Source of the DNA: Lingula anatina
Lineage: Eukaryota; Animalia; Brachiopoda
DNA length: 64,000 bases
Assembly (NCBI GenBank): GCA_051362555.1
Contig: CM120648.1
Span: forward strand, 2,581,721-2,645,720
Reading direction: 5' to 3'
Both the position numbers and the translations under genes were made by a program. Shown one piece after another: positions 26,801-39,995 of the stretch; position 1 is the first letter of the stretch; each line of letters begins with the position of its first letter. Under the pieces are notes generated by a model that was given only the letters and a program-made list of their open reading frames with translations, made no database searches and had not been told where the DNA came from.

Positions 26801-29800
26801 CGTTACCTTCCACAGTGGGGGCGACAGATTGAGTGCAGGACGAGAGTTCAGTGATTGTGACGTCATCTATAGCGTAATCTCCATGGTTATCTATTCCACG
26901 TGACACTTCGAAGACCAGCTGCGAAGTAAAATGTTTAAAATGAAAGTCACATTCATCCAATAACATAAAATATTTGGCAAACGCTTGGGTCGTAAAATGC
27001 AATCTGTATTAAAAAAAAACTATAAGACAGGACTTAACTGTGCATATCGTTTTTAAAGAAATCAAAAATGATTTAAGTTTACATTTGCGCTTAATTACAA
27101 GATTAATGACGACAGTTGCTGAAAATTATTGTCGAAGTATTGAACATATTAGTTCAAACTCAAATGCCTTGTCGATGACACCGTGTCGTTAGTATGCGGC
27201 ATCCTTTGAGACATGTCAGATGAATTGATGAATGATGTAGCGATTAAAAAGGGACATGCTACCTTAAACGTCTCCGAGGACGTTATCCTGAACGGGGCAC
27301 TAGATGGCGCTTGCCAAGACTGTATCACGCTGAAGCCGCTAGCGCTTTGCCACATTGGTGCGTTGGGACTGCCGTCTATGTACACCCTGAGTACCCCAAC
27401 ACTGGTGCCCCAGATATGATACCAGAAGTTGAGATCTGCACACCCAGTGAACAGGGTGATCGGCGGGGAGTAGAGCAGGGTCTTGTCGTTGTAGACCTGG
27501 AAAGTATAAATTGTATTGAAAAAACAAATTATTCCAAAGATAATACAGACTGTGAGCCGTAGAGTAATGGAGTTAAAATGAAACATGGTCTAAGCATTTT
27601 AACATTTTTCATACTTCATTGTTTTCTTACCCCTTGGTCCGTCTCAGCATACAGATAATAGCCAGCGTCCGTGCCAAAAGTGTGGTCAATCTTGGGGCCG
27701 GTGGCTGGAGTGGGCGTGGCGTTGCTATGTCTCAGCCAATGGAAATTGTTGACGTTGGTCGTAGTAAAGCCACACCAGTCGGCTTCGAAATCACATGAGA
27801 GACTGCCGGTATCTAAAAAAAAATAAAATAAAATTACGACATTAAAATATAGGTTTATTGTGCATAAAGTTAAACGTTGACAAAGCCGCTTTTGGAAAAA
27901 GTTTCTATCATAAAAACTGACATATCTGTGTCAAAGATATGGTTTCATCAATCAATAACACCCCATTCTCATAGATTAGATCGACCTACATTGGATCGAC
28001 CTAACTCCCTGGGGGTTCACGCTAAATAGTTGTCAGCCGGGCGGACACGAAAGTTAATTACCCCTTAAAGCTTGTAGTAGGCGGGGACGGACACTTAAGG
28101 GGGATTATCTGACAGTAATCTAGTGAGACTCCCCGCGGTGATAGATCGATCTAAAAGTTGTGAGAACAGAGCCTAAGTTAATGTTCAGTAGTTCAGGAAA
28201 GATGTGAGAGAGAACTTTAAGCCATAACTAAGATCAAGAATAAAGAGACCATATAGAGGGCCTACGTCATGCGTGACATAGGCTTAATGTATGTAATATC
28301 CAAAGAACTATTAAACACACTATTACCTACTTACCCGTGGTAGGCGTAATGGCATGTGGCGGGCATGAGGATGATGACGTCACGGTGATGTCATCCACAG
28401 CCAACGTGATCGCTCCATATCCTGCTGTAGCTTCAAATACTAGCTGCAAATAATATAGAGTACTCAATAGTCAAGACACTAAGGCTAGCCTATAACTTCA
28501 AAACTACAGTAGAATAATCTCGGTAGCAATTGCTCTGTAGTTAGTACATGTATATTGGTTAGAGTACATACTTGGCTTTTGTCATATTTTGATAAGTTTT
28601 ATAGCTATATTTAGGTAGGTGCATGGTATTGGCCCATGTGCTGTAAACCTGTTCATTATTTTACATTAACTCATTTATCCAAACTACCTTAAATGTCGCA
28701 GGGAAGTTTATGGCTACGGACACTTGTTGCCAGGCGGGTAAAGGGTTACTGCCATTGAATGACCACAGAGTAGCCAGTCCGAGGAGGGCGTGACTCTTCA
28801 GTTTCAGGTTAAGCTCTCCGACGTTCGCCCCAGACGCGAAGTAGAAGAAAGAGATGCTCCCGCAGCCACTGAACTGAAAGTCAGGGCTGTACAAGCGGGC
28901 GTAGTCGCTGTAGGCCTGGCAGTGACAGAAGTGAGGTTTGCAGTATTTGTGATATATATAAATGTAATTTATACCAATGTAACTATAATCTATACAAATG
29001 TAACTATATTCAATGTACAGTAGCCTCCCTTTTTTTTTTTTTTTTTTTAGTTAATTTCATATCAGATAATAAAACAAAGCAGCTTTTACGTTTCTACAAG
29101 TACTATTTTGCGGCCATTTTGGAAATCTTAAAGAATATATTTCATTTATATTTTGATGAAGTGTCATAACAGTTGATTTAAATATTTACACGATTTACTT
29201 ACCGTTTTGCTTTAAATTTTAGTTATAATAAATTTACACAAACATATAAAAAAATTTACTAAGAAAGACTGAAAAATAATTGTTTAAAAAGAAAAAAAAA
29301 CACATGGAGTTACATATGTTGGCAACTCTCTAGTTTCCTGCAAGAAGTCTTGTTTTAGACGTCTGCCCAATGCCTTACCTGTGAAGTGGGATCAATAAAG
29401 AGAGCCTGTCCGGTTCCTGACCGGTCTGTAGGCGGCTCATATGTGGATGAACCGTTTCCTCTTTTCCAGTCAAAGAAATCTAGCTTGTCTTGCGTAAAGG
29501 AGCACCAATCGCTGTCAAGGTCACATGTCATGGAGGTCAAGGCCGAATATGTTACTTTGAAATGACAAATGAATATTAATTCCAAATTCTATGGGTGTTT
29601 CATTTCACTTTGCATTTTAACCTATCATTCAAAATAACTAACTCTTAATCACAATAAGTTAATTTTCTGGTGAATGTGAGTAAAAAATGGATAAATAAAG
29701 AAATACAAAAAGAATATGAACAAATATAGGCCCCTATACACCATGTAGTAATCACATCTTACACCTATTAACAAGTGTGTAAGGTAGTCAACACTGACAT

Positions 29801-30561
29801 CGACAAACAAGCAAATTGAACGAATTTGTGCTCTGATCATTGCATGAGTAAAGCATAATTACTGAGTCCAAAAATGAAACAATCCTGTAACATGCAAACA
29901 CGTAAAGTGAGTTTTGTAAAATGCCTTTCTCCATAATGATGTTTGCTAGCAGGTAAAAACCATATTTATAAGGTATTCTGATGGCGTATCAGCGACTCAA
30001 ATAACAGAGGTCAGTGGAGTGAAGTAAACATATGTTTATCCTTATAAACAGAAGTGCCATCGACTAGCATTGTTAGTAAGACTGTTCTATAGTGTAAGAA
30101 AGGCTAAAGTCGTTTAGATATATTGATTAAGTCGATAAGGACTTTAGTGTCGTTTACAAACTAAACTACGCCCTATGGCCTCTTATGGCACCGTCCAGTG
30201 TGGCGTGGTCTGTGTTGTTATGTGACAGGCACACATAAAAGTGAGTCAGTTTTGTCTTCGGGGGACCAAGGTTCACACTCACTTTTTGGTACAAAATGCT
30301 GTCAATTCTTCTAAGTCATGAATATTGTTGTAGTTTTATTCCGTTTAAAGTGTCATTTTAATTAATCTATTCACTGAATATGTCGGAGACCCCGTACACA
30401 ATCGATACAGATATTGACTTCGAGTATACTTTCTGTCACCACTTATGTCTGAATATAAAAATAATCCAATAATATTTTCACTTACCTGATGGATGAAGGC
30501 ATGTGAAGATTCCAAACACAAGGAAGCTGATAGAACCGACCGGATTCTTTAACTTTGTCAT
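23820..30561 (-). CDS. Type I membrane protein: signal peptide, MAM, MAM, CUB, TM, ~395-aa low-complexity cytoplasmic tail (913 aa)
   Basis: 12 phase-consistent exons: 30561-30486 (signal), 29554-29379, 28915-28688, 28443-28335 (MAM1: CDLDSDWCSFTQ..FDWKR..ARLYSP..LAVDDITV), 27812-27631, 27496-27263, 26918-26807 (MAM2: SCDFEADWCGF..TGPKIDHT..GYYLYAE..YAIDDVTI), 26504-26317, 25877-25733 (CUB: YPNDFSHTWNI..DLEECCDFLT..FRSDRTVQRTGF), 25480-25445, 25241-25099 (TM WVFGILAAFIFAVIVAFCVF + basic stop-transfer), 24932-23820. Confidence 0.88.
27960..28174. mobile_element. ~210-bp MITE-like dispersed repeat, copy 2 (intronic)
   Basis: Shares long blocks with 13447-13652 (GACCTAACTCCCTGGGGG, AAAGTTAATTACCCC, GATTATCTGACAGTAATCTAGTGAGACTCCC). 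Confidence 0.7.
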
Positions 30562-31694
30562 TCTTTTATTGAAATGATACGGTCAATGTTTCGTTGTCGT
30601 CTCAATTCCAACAGTGTCCAGTCGCTGCTATAACCATGGCTGGTGAAAGGTTTACTGTTATTACCATCAAACTGTGACTTCTATGGGTATGGTAAGTTAC
30701 ACCAAAAACCTTTTAACCGAACTCTATCGCTTACTGTCAAACTGGCGGCGTAGAACTGAGGTTGCATCCAGGATGCAGACGTCGAGCTTTCCCAAAGACG
30801 ACAATTTGTCCTTCCATTTGTGACTTCTCTACGTGTTGACAGGCGCACAAATCTATCCGTCGATATTAACTCATCAATATGTATGTGAGGTTAGCATTAC
30901 AAGCACTAAATCAATATAAACATGTACACACGTTGACGAATTAATACGTCGATTAGGCTCTATTAATTATGCACAGGTACGTTTTAAAGCGCCACGCTTA
31001 TGTTAAATTCACTCAGTCTCACGTATTGATTTTAATAAGAACAATGCTCGAGCAAGCACTACGCTTATTGGAGCCAATTTTGCTCCTCCACTGGCACAGG
31101 TCACTGGTTCCGATTAATGACGGGAGATCAATTTTCGGAGCGTTGAACAATAAAAAGGCATGCGCCAAACAGCCAAAGAGAAAAAATATTGCGTTTACTT
31201 GATGTTAGAATGCTACTGATGTTGTGTACTGGATTTGAATAAGGGAAAAAAATAGAGAGCATTTTTTTCTTTCAGCTCTTTATGGGTAATAAGCGAATAA
31301 GAAATACTTTATACTTTATGCTATGCAGCAAGAAACTTTTCAAGATCTCGATATAACAATATTTATTGCCAAGTTTTATTTATTTTGATCTACATGTATA
31401 TCCTTAACAGCATGATCAGCCAATCAGTGAAAATGTCGCGGTGAATATTTTACGTTTGTCTACAAGAAAAGAAATATGTTATAAAGAATGCTCATTTTCT
31501 AACATTCAGGTCATGTTCTATATGAAAAATATCTTCAGATATTTATTTGTTTTCGTTATTTAGAAATTGAAAAATAAATTAATATTTTAATTAAAATTCA
31601 TTTTTGCTGAAAGGGCCTATTCAAATATACTTTTGCCAAGTTAAATCACTCGCGCAGAATGAAGACATCAAAAACAAGTTCTTTACAGCAAGAG

Positions 31695-34600
31695 TCATTG
31701 ACATACGGCCTCTGCATCCTGGCAACCGCTATTGGTGGTGGGGCGGAAACTCTTGTTTTCTTTATACAGCAGAACCAGGTAGATGACTAGCGTCCCTATC
31801 ACCATACACATGACCAGCGCGGACGCAAACACACCGGCCAGCTCCCACTGCTCTCGTTTAGGACGCTCCTCTTGGAACTTTGATACCTTATTGGATTCGT
31901 CTGAAAAAATAAATAAATAAAGTTGTAGGCTGTCAAAAGTATTTTACAGATACCTTCTTTAACTCAAGCCAATCCTGTAGAGTAAAATAGTTTATCATAG
32001 TCAACTTAGCATACGTGATTCGATTGAAAGGCTCTACAGCAAACCGACTAACACACTACCGGTCTGAACAGCACTGTAGATGATGGTGGAAAGCTGCGAA
32101 GTTATGACTGTGATAACAGCAAAAAATGCCCCCCCCCCCCTCCCCCCAAGCTCCGTTCAAACACCCAGTTCTAAAATAATACACAGAATCTTGTACTTAC
32201 ACGCCCGCTTCACTATCCTGGAGGTGCAGTTTTTGTCTTCTCCGACACACGTGCGCAGCGCCTGATACGCCCCGACACAGCCGGTACTCGCGGTTCCATT
32301 GGGATACTGGCACTTCCGTGACCTACTTTGCTGCCCGTTGCCGCAGTTGCTAGAACATTTTGACCAGGTTTCCCACACTGACCATGTTGCTGAAATGAGG
32401 CATGGCGATAAGTTTGTTTGGCCAATTCCAACGATAATATAACTTGTATTTCTACGCAGCAAAAATGAAGACAAACTATAACATTAGCGTTACCAAATAA
32501 AGGAAAGTTTACGTCATTTTAAAGCTTTGGCAAGTCATTCAGACCCTTTTCTACTGGCATCATGACTTTTTACTGCCCGGGTTGTTCACAATGTTTGTGA
32601 CACTGGGGAGAAAGGTAAATGCTATATGTCTTCTAGGGTTGTCGAACGTTGGTTAATACACATTATAGTCACAATCATTATCTCAATCAAAATAATATTA
32701 AATAAATAAATAAAAATAATAATAAAACACGTACCGACGTTACTTCGTGTCTTGTTTGCAGCAGACAAGTTTGATTTCAGCTTGCCAGCATCAGCAACCA
32801 TGACCATGTTTCCGTTGTTGATGATCACAGGTTTGTTTTTATTGTTTTGTTTCACTATGTCTCCACGAGTAGTTGCTGGTTTTTGGTCTTTCGTGAAATT
32901 CCCTTCTTTATTCACTTCATTCTGAATGGTGACTTCGTTGCCCCGACCAAGAGAGAGCTTCAGTTCTTTGGTCACGGCCTCTCGTTTATATGCGGCCGGC
33001 CGACGGTTCTGTCCCATCCCTGGCCCCTTTTTGCGCTTTTGCTTCTTCTTCTGTGACAATTGCCTGTTAAATTTCATATTTGGCCACTTTTTCTGCTTTT
33101 GTTTTTTTCCTCGAAGCGAATTTCGGTTAAGATTCATCCCTGGCTTGCGTTTAGGCTTCAATGTTTTCCCTCGAAACCTGTTTCGGTGAAATTTCATCCC
33201 TGGCTTGCGTTTAGGCTTCAGTTTCTTTTCAAGTATCTGTTGTCGGTGAAGCTTCATTGCCCACGTCTTTTTAGCTTTTTTCTTTCTCTCCTGCGACGGT
33301 CGTAACTTCTGCTTTCTTTCTTTCTTGCGACGAGGTTTCTCTCTGTTCTTCTTTGTGCTCTTGTGCTGTTTTGTGTTCTTATTTTCACTAATGGTGATTG
33401 TCTTTCCGTGCTTCTTAGTTTCCACTTTTACTTGTAAATAACTTGAATCGTCTGGACTGAATAGTGGAATGGAACCTGGTAGTTTTGAATACAGAGTGTT
33501 ATTTGAGGAAGACACCATTCCAGGCTTCGTTTTAGTCTTAGTGTCAGGCTTTTCTACGGCTACAGTCATCGCATTTTTCACGTTTTGCGACTGCGTCTTC
33601 GCTAAACCTCCTGGGAAGCGAGTTTGAGGGGTCACATTTTCAGGTCTTGATTTCAGTTCAATGATTTGTTGCTTGGATGAAGAGTTAGGTTTGCGCGTGG
33701 AGGGCGGAAATGTCACTGTAATGGTCGCTGAAGTGGCCGAAGTATAGCCGAAAATTAGCCCCTGCAGTTTCTCAAATATGTTTGTCTCGTTTTCTTTCCC
33801 CACAGTGCCATTCATTGCGCTCGTCTTCAGTGTCTTCAAGCCTTGCTGCCCAGGACGTTTCGTTTTCAACAGCGGCAGTTCGGTAGACGCTACCTTAGTT
33901 GTCGGCGACACCTTCGTGCCATTCACATGCATCGACTTTGAGAAAGAGGCTTTCTTATCACCGACAGGCGTCACATTAACATTTGGTCTGCATTTCAAAT
34001 GGCCAGTCGTGGCATTCGACAGCGAACACGGAGGCGCTGTGATGAGAGTATCGTTAAAGCTAGGCTGTGGACCTCTAGGTGAGTGCTTTGTACTCTGGTT
34101 CATTGGTTTCCTCGGTGTCCCCACGGTTGTGCTGGATATCTTCACTGTTGTCGCAGATGTCGTCGCAGAAGTTGTTGTGGTCCACGCTCCTCGTCCGGAA
34201 GGTGGTTTGGAACTACCTGAGGTTCGGGCTATTTCCTTCAAAGCCTGCCCTACAACAATTGTAATTTTATCTTTTGGCATGACTTTAGCATATTTGGATG
34301 ACTTGCTTCCTTGAAAAGCCTGAAAAGCCTTGAACTGCCCACTCTGCTTGTTTGTGCCATTGCTGCTTTTTCCAGAGCGCCCAGGCTCTATGGTGACATT
34401 TGTCTTAGTGTGGTTGTTTGGATGAAGATGAAGAATAATTTGTAGTGGACGTTCTTGGACGGGACCCTTAGCTTCAATGCCATTTTTCCGTTCAGAAGGC
34501 CCTGACTTCTGTTTGGCGGGAAATCCTCCTTGTATATTTTTACCATTAGGCCTTTGCGTGCTAGAAAACAATACCGAAGGTGTGGTTGACCCAACCGATG

Positions 34601-37103
34601 CTGAATGTGACGAAAATGACGTCGGCACAGATGTTGACGTAACGGTTGTTTGTGACATAGTCGCTGTTGTCCGTTCAGTAGACGCAGAAGGCCCTGACTT
34701 CTGTTTGGTGGGAAATCCTTCATGTATATTTTTACCATTAGGTCTCAGAGGCTGCTTTACTGTGCTTTTTGTGCTAGGAAACAATAACGCACATGTGGTA
34801 CACACAACTGATGCTGAATGAGAGGCAGAAGAAGTCGGCACCGTCGTTGACGTGACAGTTGTTTGTGACGTAGATGAAGTCGGTGGCGTTGTTGACGTGA
34901 CAGTTGTTTGTGACGTAGATGTAGTCGGCACCGTTGTTGTCGTAACAGTTGTTTGAGACGTAGTCGCGGTTGTGGGCGCCACTGTCGTAGTTGAAGGTGT
35001 TGTTGTCACTGGTAACCTATGCCGTGACCACTTTCTGAAGGGACGACGATGTCGATAACGGTTACGCTGTCGGTACCGCTGTCGGTAACGCTGTCGGGAA
35101 CGGTGATGTTTATTGAAATTTCGCCGTCTTGCTGCCATGCGTGCCCTATAAGCATTCCATTTACCCCACTTTTTCCAGTAGTTGCTAGGCCTGCGATTTT
35201 GCACTTTTTTCTTCGAGGGCTTTAGTGTCTTTTGGGGAAATTTTGCACGGTTGCGAGGCTTCTTTCTCCTTGCCCCTGGAGGCCTACGGCTTCTGCCGAA
35301 CCCAGATTTTGTTTTGGACTTCATCCTCCAAGGTCGTCTATTTCCACTGTTCTTGCCTTTTCTGAAGCTTTTATTTTGACGAATACGTTTGTTACCTCTA
35401 GGCTTTGTTGTGCGTCCACGACCGCGCATTGATTTAGAGCCCTTTCGAGACGCCTTTGGTTCCCTCTTTACGGCAAAATTTGTGCCTTTTTCTTTACGTG
35501 GCGTTGACTTAATAACGCGCCCCGATGACTCTGTTATATTTATCTGAAAATGCACATGGATGCCAGATCTAGATGTTGGTTTCGGTTCGGGGACAGGTGG
35601 CCGACTTGAGAAGACAATGGGCCTTAGAGTTGTCGACGTAACTGTTGTAGTTGGCGGAGTTGTTGAAGTTCTCACTCTTGTGGTGGTTGGCCTTACTGTT
35701 GTTGTTGTAGTTATTTTGGTTATAGAATGTGAAGTAGGCCTGGGTGGTCTTCTGATGGTCGTTAATGCTATGATGCATGGATTGTCGGCACACCGCTGTT
35801 TTTCTGATCTGGGACCTGACCGATTACAAGTGAAAAATCGTTGGTATGAATGGAGTTTTAACCTTTACCCTACACTATTCTGCCGGTCCTTTATAAAGGA
35901 TATTGACATCACCGTTAGAATTTGGTTTCCAATAAATAGCGATATCTTGTAAAATTACATAGAATATAATGTTAAGCTCTCTTAAATAAAATTTGTAATA
36001 TCAATGAAAAAAAAAAGAAAAGGATAGGCATACCATATTTCAGTCAAAGCATGTGCATTTTATTATTATTTTTCAACAGTTAAATCTGGTCTTTCAATAT
36101 CTTACCTTCACAAACCGGATACATTCGTGCTGTGGTCGCGTGCTTGCACGTGCGCGAACGTTCTCTCCATCCACGCCCGCACGTGACCGAGCACGAGGAC
36201 CAGCTTGTCCAATGGGACCACGAGGACCAGTGAGAATCACGTCCCACGTGACCATCAGTGGCCGCAGAGTGTTTTGGACACAGCGCGGTAACGTTGCATT
36301 TCTGAGTATGTGTTATACCGTTACAGATTCCTGAAAAATATTATTTAGAATACGTTGGCTTGTGAAATAGCAGATACTCCATGCTACTTCAAAAAAGTTT
36401 TTATTTTAAAATATGCTCATGGTGGGCACGTGCTCGCTTTCATTGATGCACTTGTACGCCGCACTTTATCCAAGTTCCATTTAGTTTTCGTTTTTTCCCT
36501 TTTTTGTATATATATTGCAATATAAAAAGTTTTAAAAAATATTTAAGCAAATTAACTTCTCCACAGCATAGAAAGCATAAAGGAGAGAAGAAGAAAATAA
36601 ATCTTATTACGGAATTTGTAATTTTTTGTGCAAACTGTATACAATTCAAGTCTTTTTTACTGAATTGCTGAAAATTAAAGTATAGGCATACCATATTTCA
36701 GTCAAAGCATGTGCATATTATTATTATCCAATCAAAACTACTCACATTTGTTACAATATTGTAATATTGACGAAGAAAGAGTAAAATGTTTTCAAAAAAA
36801 TGGGTTATTTATGGTGTAATATTTATACAGGCGGTTAGCATAAGGATGTGTACTGGGATAGGAAATCTCACGTACTTGCCCTGACCGCCTGTCCGCAGGT
36901 GGCCGAGCATGTTGACCACACAGTGCAGCCAATTGACCGATGACTCGAGGCAGCGACTGAAATATAAGTGGGACGGCTCCTTACATGTCATATACAGATT
37001 AAAGATGTATAAACAATTTTTATATTCCTGGTATAGCTATGACTGTAAGTAAATGATAACTAGTCGCATCCTTCTCAGCAGAGGTGGCTCAGAGATCAGA
37101 AAT

Positions 37104-37141
<38 letters not shown>

Positions 37142-37708
37142 ATTCTATCATCAGGGCGTCTAATTTTAATTAACTTATTTGATTTGGATTAAAAATTCGT
37201 GCATTTCAGGCCCTTAATGTCTTTGTATTGCTTTGTGTAAGAGGCACCTCATTTCGTGTCTTGGCGTCATCACAATGATCAATAATCAATGGGGTAAAAA
37301 GAATTAAAGAAATAGGAAAAACAATATAAGCCATAAAAAATATTTGGATCAACCTAGGCTAAAATGAATCTTTTTTCATCGAATAATTCTACCAGCTAAA
37401 TTAACTTCTTTGCAATTGAATTGTTATATTCATTTAACATATATTATATCACATTGCGACTTTTATTCTTAAGTACATGAGGTAAAAATTGTTAGAATCA
37501 TTTTGCAATTCATCATAAGCAATTCCTACAAATTCAGTTTTACCTATGCAAAAACGCCGCTGTATCACCTAACATTTGCATTTGCAAAGTCATATTTGAA
37601 ACTAATGTGGATGAACCGCGTTTTTTGTTACTCCATGATAGTCCAATACTTACTTGATGATGAAATGGAAAAAATCAGGATGACCAATGAGACAGATATC
37701 CGTTTCAT
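31695..37708 (-). CDS. Type I membrane protein with thrombospondin type-1 repeats and a ~1000-aa Thr-rich / Lys-Arg-rich extracellular spacer (1278 aa)
   Basis: Phase-1 exons 37708-37654 (signal MKRISVSLVILIFSISSS), 36956-36876 (WSTCSATCG), 36330-36106 (WSSWSHWTSWSSCSVTCGRGWRERSRTC), 35815-32735 (3081-nt exon), 32389-32201 (WSVWETWSKCSSNCGNGQQSRSRKC), 31900-31695 (TM LAGVFASALVMCMVIGTLVIYLVLLY, short tail, TGA). Confidence 0.88.
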
Positions 37709-38503
37709 GACCGTTTTTTTACTTGAATTCTACAGTAGTTAAATCTTTACAGAGACACGATTCCTCTATGTCGGATTTAGGACCATTTTCGATGGACGCC
37801 AGTAACAAAAAGTGTTCATACATCATCCATTGGATGATAAACAGACGAATAAGCAACCCCGTTATCCTAGTTCTTCGGCAAAATTTAGCAGCGTTGAATA
37901 TTAGAAAAGGAAACATTCTGCCAAGCGGCCATGTTGAATTCGTCCGTTACCACCAAGTGAGGCGTCATCCAATATGACGTAATAAGTGTCGCACTTTGAC
38001 GCCACGTGCGCGTGACGTAGGAAATAATTTGACGTCGTAGGAAGCTGCCATGGATACCAAACAGGCGATTCGAAAACATTTTAGATCTTTGCGCAGTGTT
38101 CTTCTATTTGTCGCGCTGAAGACATGGAAAAGAAATGAGCTTGAATATAGACCAAGATGCAACGCATTTACTTAAAGTTTGTATTTCTTTCCTAACAAAC
38201 TAAACAGTTTTTCAAAAACTCCATTTTACATAATTCTTTGCACCAGGGATTAAATAAATCTGTACAAATAATTCTTCATTTAGGCCTTTATCACGAGTTT
38301 TATATTATAACCACACGCTTGGCCACGTAACATCATATGCCAATAACCTTGTGTGATTAATCTTCCATATCAAAAATTACACATAAACGAAAAAGACTTG
38401 TGGTTGCATAGTTTATTCTACAGTCAAAAAATCAAACATCTATAAAAATGCATACCTAAAGTGATGTCTATCTAGGCTAGAAGTGAGAAAACCTTGGCAC
38501 TCG

Positions 38504-38577
<74 letters not shown>

Positions 38578-38800
38578 TTAATATTGTATGCCCGATCAGT
38601 AATAAGTGCACGAGTTCTGTATGCAGAAACACACAGAAAACCACTTGTTCATGCATAAAACCAACTATGGCCTTCTGGGTATGCCCTTGAAACTCGGAGT
38701 CGGGGTTATTGCATGTCTTTTGTTTATTTATTTATTTATTTATTTTAATTGTGTACAAATGCTCCGTACTGTTGAGCACTCTGTTCCACATTCACGCTTG

Positions 38801-38865
<65 letters not shown>

Positions 38866-39917
38866 AATGAGTGAGCATACCTCTACACTGACATGCATTG
38901 GTGGGTCAAACCTACAACCTGGAAACAAAACTTGCTGACCTGTATACCAACATATCACATAAAGGGTGTGACAACTGAAAGCCCGGGCCAGTAATAAGTG
39001 CACGAGTTCTGTATGCAGAAACACACAGAAAACCACTTGTTCATGCATAAAACCAACTATGGCCAATAAAGTACTGATAAAGGATGATGAAAGCTGTTCT
39101 CTCCACGCCATCTGACTCTGATTTTAGAGTCAGATTGACTCCATGAGAGCCAGGGGGTAATTGACTCTGATAATAGTCTAAAGACTGTGGTAGTGGGGTA
39201 CTTTGACCCTTATATAGGAGTCAAATTAACTCCATGAGGGTCAAGGGGTGCTGGACTCTGACTAGAGAGTCAAATGACTCCAATTTTATTCTCAGTGAAC
39301 CTAACAGTACATCAGCTTTATAACTAGACCTGTTCCAACACAACATGGTCAACCTCAACCAACAGCACGTTATACCAATATGTCCAGCATTGTTCACTTA
39401 TACCCAACACATTCAAATTACTGTCTTCAAGTTGTTTATAAACAGATTTAAAATTAAACCATTCTAACAACATTTTCAGTTGACATGAAACAGGAATATT
39501 CTCAGTATGTAGCATGCGGGTGGAAAAAACATACATTCAACGTAATACCCACTTAATCTGAATTAAAGAACCATTAAAATCTCCAGCAATTCACATAAAA
39601 CTGTAAGTCAAACATTTAAAGATTCTAGAAAATTCTAAAAAGAAATCGGAAGTCAATTGCCAAACAGATAAAATAAGTAATCACAACTGCAACCTTTTAT
39701 ACACATTACGGGTGACACTGAAGTACAGAAAACATGATCATGTAATCAGGGACCATAAAAAACAGCAGTTACAAGATGACAAATTTTGGGCAATGAGAAA
39801 TAAAAATATTTTGTTTAACACTGGTGAAAATAAATTTCACATGCAAGATTGATATGTGCGCATTTACTTAATAGAGAAAACGAACATAACTGATCTTCTA
39901 TTATAGTCAACAATCAG
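35293..39917. repeat. Tandem segmental duplication, unit A (4.6 kb)
   Basis: Begins CTGCCGAACCCAG and ends CAACAATCAG; near-identical to 39918-44600 apart from substitutions and indels. Confidence 0.93.
38597..39064. repeat. ~75-bp direct repeat pair (38597-38671, 38989-39064) inside sequence specific to unit A
   Basis: CAGTAATAAGTGCACGAGTTCTGTATGCAGAAACACACAGAAAACCACTTGTTCATGCATAAAACCAACTATGGCC occurs twice; (TA)n tracts at 38505-38570 and 38802-38863. Confidence 0.85.
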
Positions 39918-39995
39918 CTGCCGAACCCAGATTTTGTTTAGGACTTCATCCTCCAAGGTCGTCTATTTCCACTGTTCTTGCCTTTTCCGAAGCTT

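Noticed and set aside
32622-32734. Hydrophobic C-terminus of the 1017-aa ORF as a TM helix
   Set aside because: It lies past a good donor (G|gtacgt at 32735) in AT-rich intron sequence; the real TM is in exon 31900-31695.
32847-35952. Plus-strand Val/Phe-rich ORFs
   Set aside because: Antisense shadows of the Thr/Lys-rich exon.
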